From a virus (taxonomy: Duplodnaviria > Caudoviricetes), in IMG/VR virus record IMGVR_UViG_3300044983_000106, positions 1 through 49,822 of that record: 49,822 bases of DNA; one strand, 5' to 3'. Positions 46,383 through 49,822 of this stretch are shown here, piece by piece (position 1 is the first letter of the stretch; each line of letters opens with the position of its first letter). The position numbers were made by a program, and so were the translations under genes. The notes beneath the pieces are model-generated. The model ran no database searches, was not told the DNA's origin, and was given only the letters and a program-made list of their open reading frames with translations.

Positions 46383-46415
46383 AAAAAGGTGGCCCCAAGC
46401 ATTCCGCTTGGGGCC
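46383..46415 (-). terminator. intrinsic terminator after SSB gene
   Basis: GGCCCCAAGC-GGAAT-GCTTGGGGCC then ACCTTTTT. Confidence 0.75.
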
Positions 46416-46429
46416 AGAGGGAAGGTCGG

Positions 46430-46915
46430 TTACTCGGCTGGCATCGTCTTCTTCAACTCAGCGAAGATGGACTCGCCGTCATTACTGGCGGTGTGGCCGA
46501 TGAGAATCTTCACCGAGCAGTTGGGGGTCTCCGACAGGCACTGCCGAACAGACTTGCCCTCTTGGTCAATGCCGCAGTGGTCGAGGAAGTCGGTGAGGCG
46601 GAACATGGAGTCGGGGGTGGTGTAGAACTTGGTGGAGTTGTTCTTCAGGATGACGGACTGAAGGGACTTCACGGTGCCATCCTTGGCGGTGAGGTAGGCC
46701 GTGAGTTCTTCCTCATCGACGTCTTCGTCCGCGCTCTGGATCAGGAAGGCGAATTGCACAAAGGGTGTTTTCTTCTGGCTGGAAACTCCTTCTTCGTAGA
46801 GCCCGTAGACGATGGCGTTGTAGGTACCGGCTGGGATCGGCTTCGGCCGTTCGACATCGGCGGCGGGCATGTCGAGGATGGATTCGAAGGTGGGAGTGGT
46901 TTGGGGTTTTGCCAT
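46430..46915 (-). CDS. single-stranded DNA-binding protein (DUF669-like)
   Basis: PKPIPAGTY...SSQKKTP; acidic; near Sak4-like ATPase. Confidence 0.65.
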   Translation of the reverse strand: MAKPQTTPTFESILDMPAADVERPKPIPAGTYNAIVYGLYEEGVSSQKKTPFVQFAFLIQSADEDVDEEELTAYLTAKDGTVKSLQSVILKNNSTKFYTTPDSMFRLTDFLDHCGIDQEGKSVRQCLSETPNCSVKILIGHTASNDGESIFAELKKTMPAE

Positions 46916-46974
46916 TTGGTGGGGTTCCGTTGGGTTATGCCAAGAGTTGCAGTGGAGGCAGAAGGGTTTGAATG

Positions 46975-47178
46975 CTATGATGTCGGTTCCTTATAGAGCT
47001 TCGCTCGTACAATGCAATCCTTCGCTTCGAGAAGCTTGCGCAGGCCGGCAGTGCGCTCGGCGTTACTAGGTAGGGTTTCACAGATGTGCTGTGCCAATTC
47101 TCCGAACGGACGACTGATCTCCTGTAGGTGTGTGGGAAGGTGAGTGTATTCGAAGAACTGCAACATGCGATCTTGCAT
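46975..47178 (-). CDS. small helical-hairpin protein (Acb2/Tad1-like candidate)
   Basis: FFEYTHLP.HLQ.IS.PF.ELA....LP.NAER..GLRKLLEAKD..VRA. Confidence 0.55.
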   Translation of the reverse strand: MQDRMLQFFEYTHLPTHLQEISRPFGELAQHICETLPSNAERTAGLRKLLEAKDCIVRAKLYKEPTS

Positions 47179-47181
47179 TGG

Positions 47182-48012
47182 TTATATCCTCTTCAATGTG
47201 AGAGCCTTGGATTTCTCAACAGGCTTCGCAGGAGGCTCTCGGAGAACTGCGAAGAAGTCGGCGAGGCCGCTGGAGATGTCGTAGGTAGACTTCATCTCGA
47301 ATGGCTTTGTGTTCTTAAGGTCCATCATGTTGGTAGCGGTGGTTTGGATGGTGCGCTTGCCGGCCTTCGAGACACACTGGGCCCAGTGGTTGAAGTACCG
47401 TGGGATTTGTGGGCCCAAGGCACTGCCGATGGCGTTGGGGTAAGCCTTGGTGAGGCCATCGTCCGTAATGGAGTAGCGAATGTGGGCGGTGACGATGACG
47501 TTGGTCTTAAAGCTGCTGGAGGTGATCATGGCGAGGAAGGACTCCACGCCTTGTTGTGCCGAGTAGAACCATTGGCGTGAGTCTTTGGCGGTGGGATTGA
47601 GGCCCTTGGCGTGGTCGAAGGCGGCATCGGAGAAGAACGACAGGGAGTCCATCACGCAGATTACGTCTGGACCCCACTCAGAGGGCTTGCCCAGATCGAT
47701 GTCGTCGTACTTCCAGTTGTCTAACATCTTCAGGGCGTCCACAAAGGCGTGGGGCTTGGAGACCTGAGGGCCAGCGGCGGTGATCTTGTAGTCGTCACGT
47801 AGGGTGCGGAACTCCACGTTGTCGGCTTTGTCGGGGCACTCCTTCATGACGAAGGTCTTGAGTGAGTCGAGGCCATTGTCCATATCGAGGATGCGTAGGT
47901 GGTAGCCTGCCTTGACGAGGGAGGTAAGGGCTCCGGACTTGCCACTGCCGCTGTCGCCACAGAGAAGAAGTTTGACGTAGTCGTTGGATTGGTGGTTACT
48001 GAGGCTGGGCAT
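47182..48012 (-). CDS. Sak4-like (AAA_24) recombination ATPase
   Basis: LLCGDSGSGKS, LDMDNG, VMDSLS, NVIVTAH. Confidence 0.8.
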   Translation of the reverse strand: MPSLSNHQSNDYVKLLLCGDSGSGKSGALTSLVKAGYHLRILDMDNGLDSLKTFVMKECPDKADNVEFRTLRDDYKITAAGPQVSKPHAFVDALKMLDNWKYDDIDLGKPSEWGPDVICVMDSLSFFSDAAFDHAKGLNPTAKDSRQWFYSAQQGVESFLAMITSSSFKTNVIVTAHIRYSITDDGLTKAYPNAIGSALGPQIPRYFNHWAQCVSKAGKRTIQTTATNMMDLKNTKPFEMKSTYDISSGLADFFAVLREPPAKPVEKSKALTLKRI

Positions 48013-48211
48013 CAGTCGGTCCTTTCAAAAGAACTTCGGTGTAAATGGTCACCACATCCCCATCCCGAATGTCAAACTTGGAGGTGTCGCATGGGATGCG
48101 GATCGATGTTGGCGCTCCATACATGGCACCGATGGCGATTGTGAAGCCAGTGGGGTCGATGTTGGTGAGAGGGACTTTGAGAAGAGGGAGGATGGCGCGC
48201 ATTGGCTTCAT
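47996..48211 (-). CDS. hypothetical protein
   Basis: Coupled ORF. Confidence 0.55.
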   Translation of the reverse strand: MKPMRAILPLLKVPLTNIDPTGFTIAIGAMYGAPTSIRIPCDTSKFDIRDGDVVTIYTEVLLKGPTDAQPQ

Positions 48212-49272
48212 TCACTGCTCCTATCAAAGAACGGATTGTTCGCAGTTTGAAGCGGATCGACCTTATCGAACGACGCCGCCAAGTATGTCTCCCGCACCTG
48301 TGGCGACTTCGAACACACCTCCCGGAACTTGCACCCGCCGAACTTGCCGCAGGAGGTGTCATTCTGGGGCCAATAGTTGGCGGTGGCGAAGGCTTCGGCC
48401 TGCCCGAGCCAAAATCGCAGGTCATCGGTCCATTCGGAGAGTTGGTCGGGAGTGCGGTAGGTAAAGCCGCGCTGGAATGCGTTGGGTTCTTCGAGTTTGA
48501 TTTGCGCAGCGGATATGATGACGCCTTTGACCGGGGAGTGCAGCACGATGTTCCCGGCGTAGGTATACAGAGTCATTTGATTGGATGGGGACCACTGATT
48601 GAAGTAGTAGCCCGAGATGGTCGACATGGAGGTCTTGTGGTCCATCACGTAGAGGTTGTCGCAATAGGTGACGATTCGATCAAGGTGACCACAGAGGAGG
48701 TAGGGTTGTGCTGCATTGAGGGATGGGCTTGCATCCTCAATCGTCGTTCTCACATCGCTTGCCCTTAACGCGGCGGCATTGTCGGCGTCAGCACTTGGTC
48801 CCCAATCAAGCTCCAGCCGGAAGCTTAGTTCGACGGCGGGGTCTCCGGATTCGAGGATGAATGTTTCAGCAGGGTCGTCCACAAAGTGGTCGAGATAATC
48901 AACAACAAGGCTAACAATGCTCTCTCGGTTCTTGTACTTTCCAGCGCGAGTGCTCCGATCAACACTCCAGTTATAGATGCGGCCATGCAGACTGCGAATA
49001 GTGTCATGAATGGCGTCTTCATGGTTGATGCCCTTGGCTCTGGCAATTGCATACTCCTGCAACGCAGTGTGATATTCGATCCCAAATCGCAGGTGGATGG
49101 ACTCGTCTCGGGATTGCCAACCGTCGATCATGGTGTATTGGTAGAGGCGAGGACAACTTTTAAGTAAATCTAGACTAGACGAAGACCATGCATATTGTAT
49201 ATTGGTTCCTGGCAGGAAAGGGGACTGAGTACCTTTAATTAGATGCTTAGAGTCTATTGTCAGATCGTTCAT
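48208..49272 (-). CDS. PD-(D/E)xK exonuclease, Cas4/AddB-like with Fe-S cysteines
   Basis: SSL...CPR.Y, FGIEYH, GHLD...MDHKT, Q...Y, C.....C....C. Confidence 0.85.
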   Translation of the reverse strand: MNDLTIDSKHLIKGTQSPFLPGTNIQYAWSSSSLDLLKSCPRLYQYTMIDGWQSRDESIHLRFGIEYHTALQEYAIARAKGINHEDAIHDTIRSLHGRIYNWSVDRSTRAGKYKNRESIVSLVVDYLDHFVDDPAETFILESGDPAVELSFRLELDWGPSADADNAAALRASDVRTTIEDASPSLNAAQPYLLCGHLDRIVTYCDNLYVMDHKTSMSTISGYYFNQWSPSNQMTLYTYAGNIVLHSPVKGVIISAAQIKLEEPNAFQRGFTYRTPDQLSEWTDDLRFWLGQAEAFATANYWPQNDTSCGKFGGCKFREVCSKSPQVRETYLAASFDKVDPLQTANNPFFDRSSE

Positions 49273-49751
49273 GTTACATCCTTGTATGTTCGTCTGTGTA
49301 CGACATGTGAGATTGTTGCATAGCACAGATTAGGAAACTCTCTGGCTAAATCTGCAATCCTATAACCTTTGTCATATTCAGCGCGAATGTAACGAACTTC
49401 ATCTTCAGTTAAATATGCTCTCCATGCATTAGTTCCTTTATTTATACCTGAGGCACTTAGATCGTCAGCATTTTGTTGTTGCGTTGCCCAGTATAGATTG
49501 TCCTCCCTATTGTTCTTTTTATTGTAATCTTTGTGCGCTGCTTCATGGCTTGTAGTCGGCGGCTCACCATGAAATGTTGTGCAGATAATTCGGTTTACTC
49601 TATACTGACGTTTGTGCAAATCGAGAACCAAATAACCTCGATGGTTCTCGGTAGGGTTCATTAACTTTGCACGCAACCCCATGATATTGCCTAAGTTGGA
49701 GGCTAAGTATCTTGGAGCAAATGGAATTGGCCTCCAGACTTCTGCGAGCAT
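49269..49751 (-). CDS. NUMOD4-HNH homing endonuclease
   Basis: EVWRPIP...Y.ASNLG; FHG....HEAAHKDYNKKNN..DNL.W; LTEDEV HTH; AT-rich. Confidence 0.88.
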   Translation of the reverse strand: MLAEVWRPIPFAPRYLASNLGNIMGLRAKLMNPTENHRGYLVLDLHKRQYRVNRIICTTFHGEPPTTSHEAAHKDYNKKNNREDNLYWATQQQNADDLSASGINKGTNAWRAYLTEDEVRYIRAEYDKGYRIADLAREFPNLCYATISHVVHRRTYKDVT

Positions 49752-49822
49752 CACAACCTCCTAAACCCACCAGCCTTCGGCGCACTCACCACCGGCGGCG
49801 GCTTCACCAACCCAAGGGCTGC
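49696..49822. repeat. second copy of the 127-bp terminal repeat
   Basis: Identical to 1-127. Confidence 0.95.

Noticed and set aside
56-48012. Many proteins end in RRI/RRL/RRV/KRI, suggesting a shared C-terminal tag
   Set aside because: In each case the codons double as the AGGAG-like SD of the next gene or a nearby ATG; translational coupling explains it
48208-49272. Cas4 as part of a CRISPR system
   Set aside because: No array or other cas genes; it sits in a recombination module with Sak4-like ATPase and SSB

Overview
Apparently complete ~49.7-kb tailed dsDNA phage genome (podovirus type). Bases 1-127 recur at 49696-49822, most likely an assembly overlap of a circular contig. No integrase or RNA polymerase is recognisable, so it is probably lytic and host-RNAP dependent; an alphaproteobacterial host is a guess. 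The minus-strand arm (9337->1, wrapping to 49754->42089) holds early and replication genes: SF1 helicase, Cas4-like exonuclease, Sak4-like ATPase, SSB, a split UDG/exonuclease + PolA polymerase and a DUF3987-type primase/helicase. The plus-strand arm (9926-42108) holds terminase, a BPP-1/epsilon15-like head, tail tube/nozzle, ejection and lysis genes. Main highlights: (1) a cassette inside the virion operon with four Sec-signal, Thr/Ser-rich, Cys-containing proteins (one a beta-helix tailspike) plus a WaaL/PglL-type ligase, suggesting periplasmic export and glycosylation of phage appendages; (2) a perfect type II hammerhead ribozyme heading a unit with two large structured RNAs around a basic protein gene; (3) a ~400-nt structured RNA between terS and terL; (4) a tRNA-Gln read in-frame within a CDS; (5) five free-standing homing endonucleases with recoded neighbours, one duplicating its target's N-terminus. 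All calls come from reading motifs by eye; no searches or folding programs were run.
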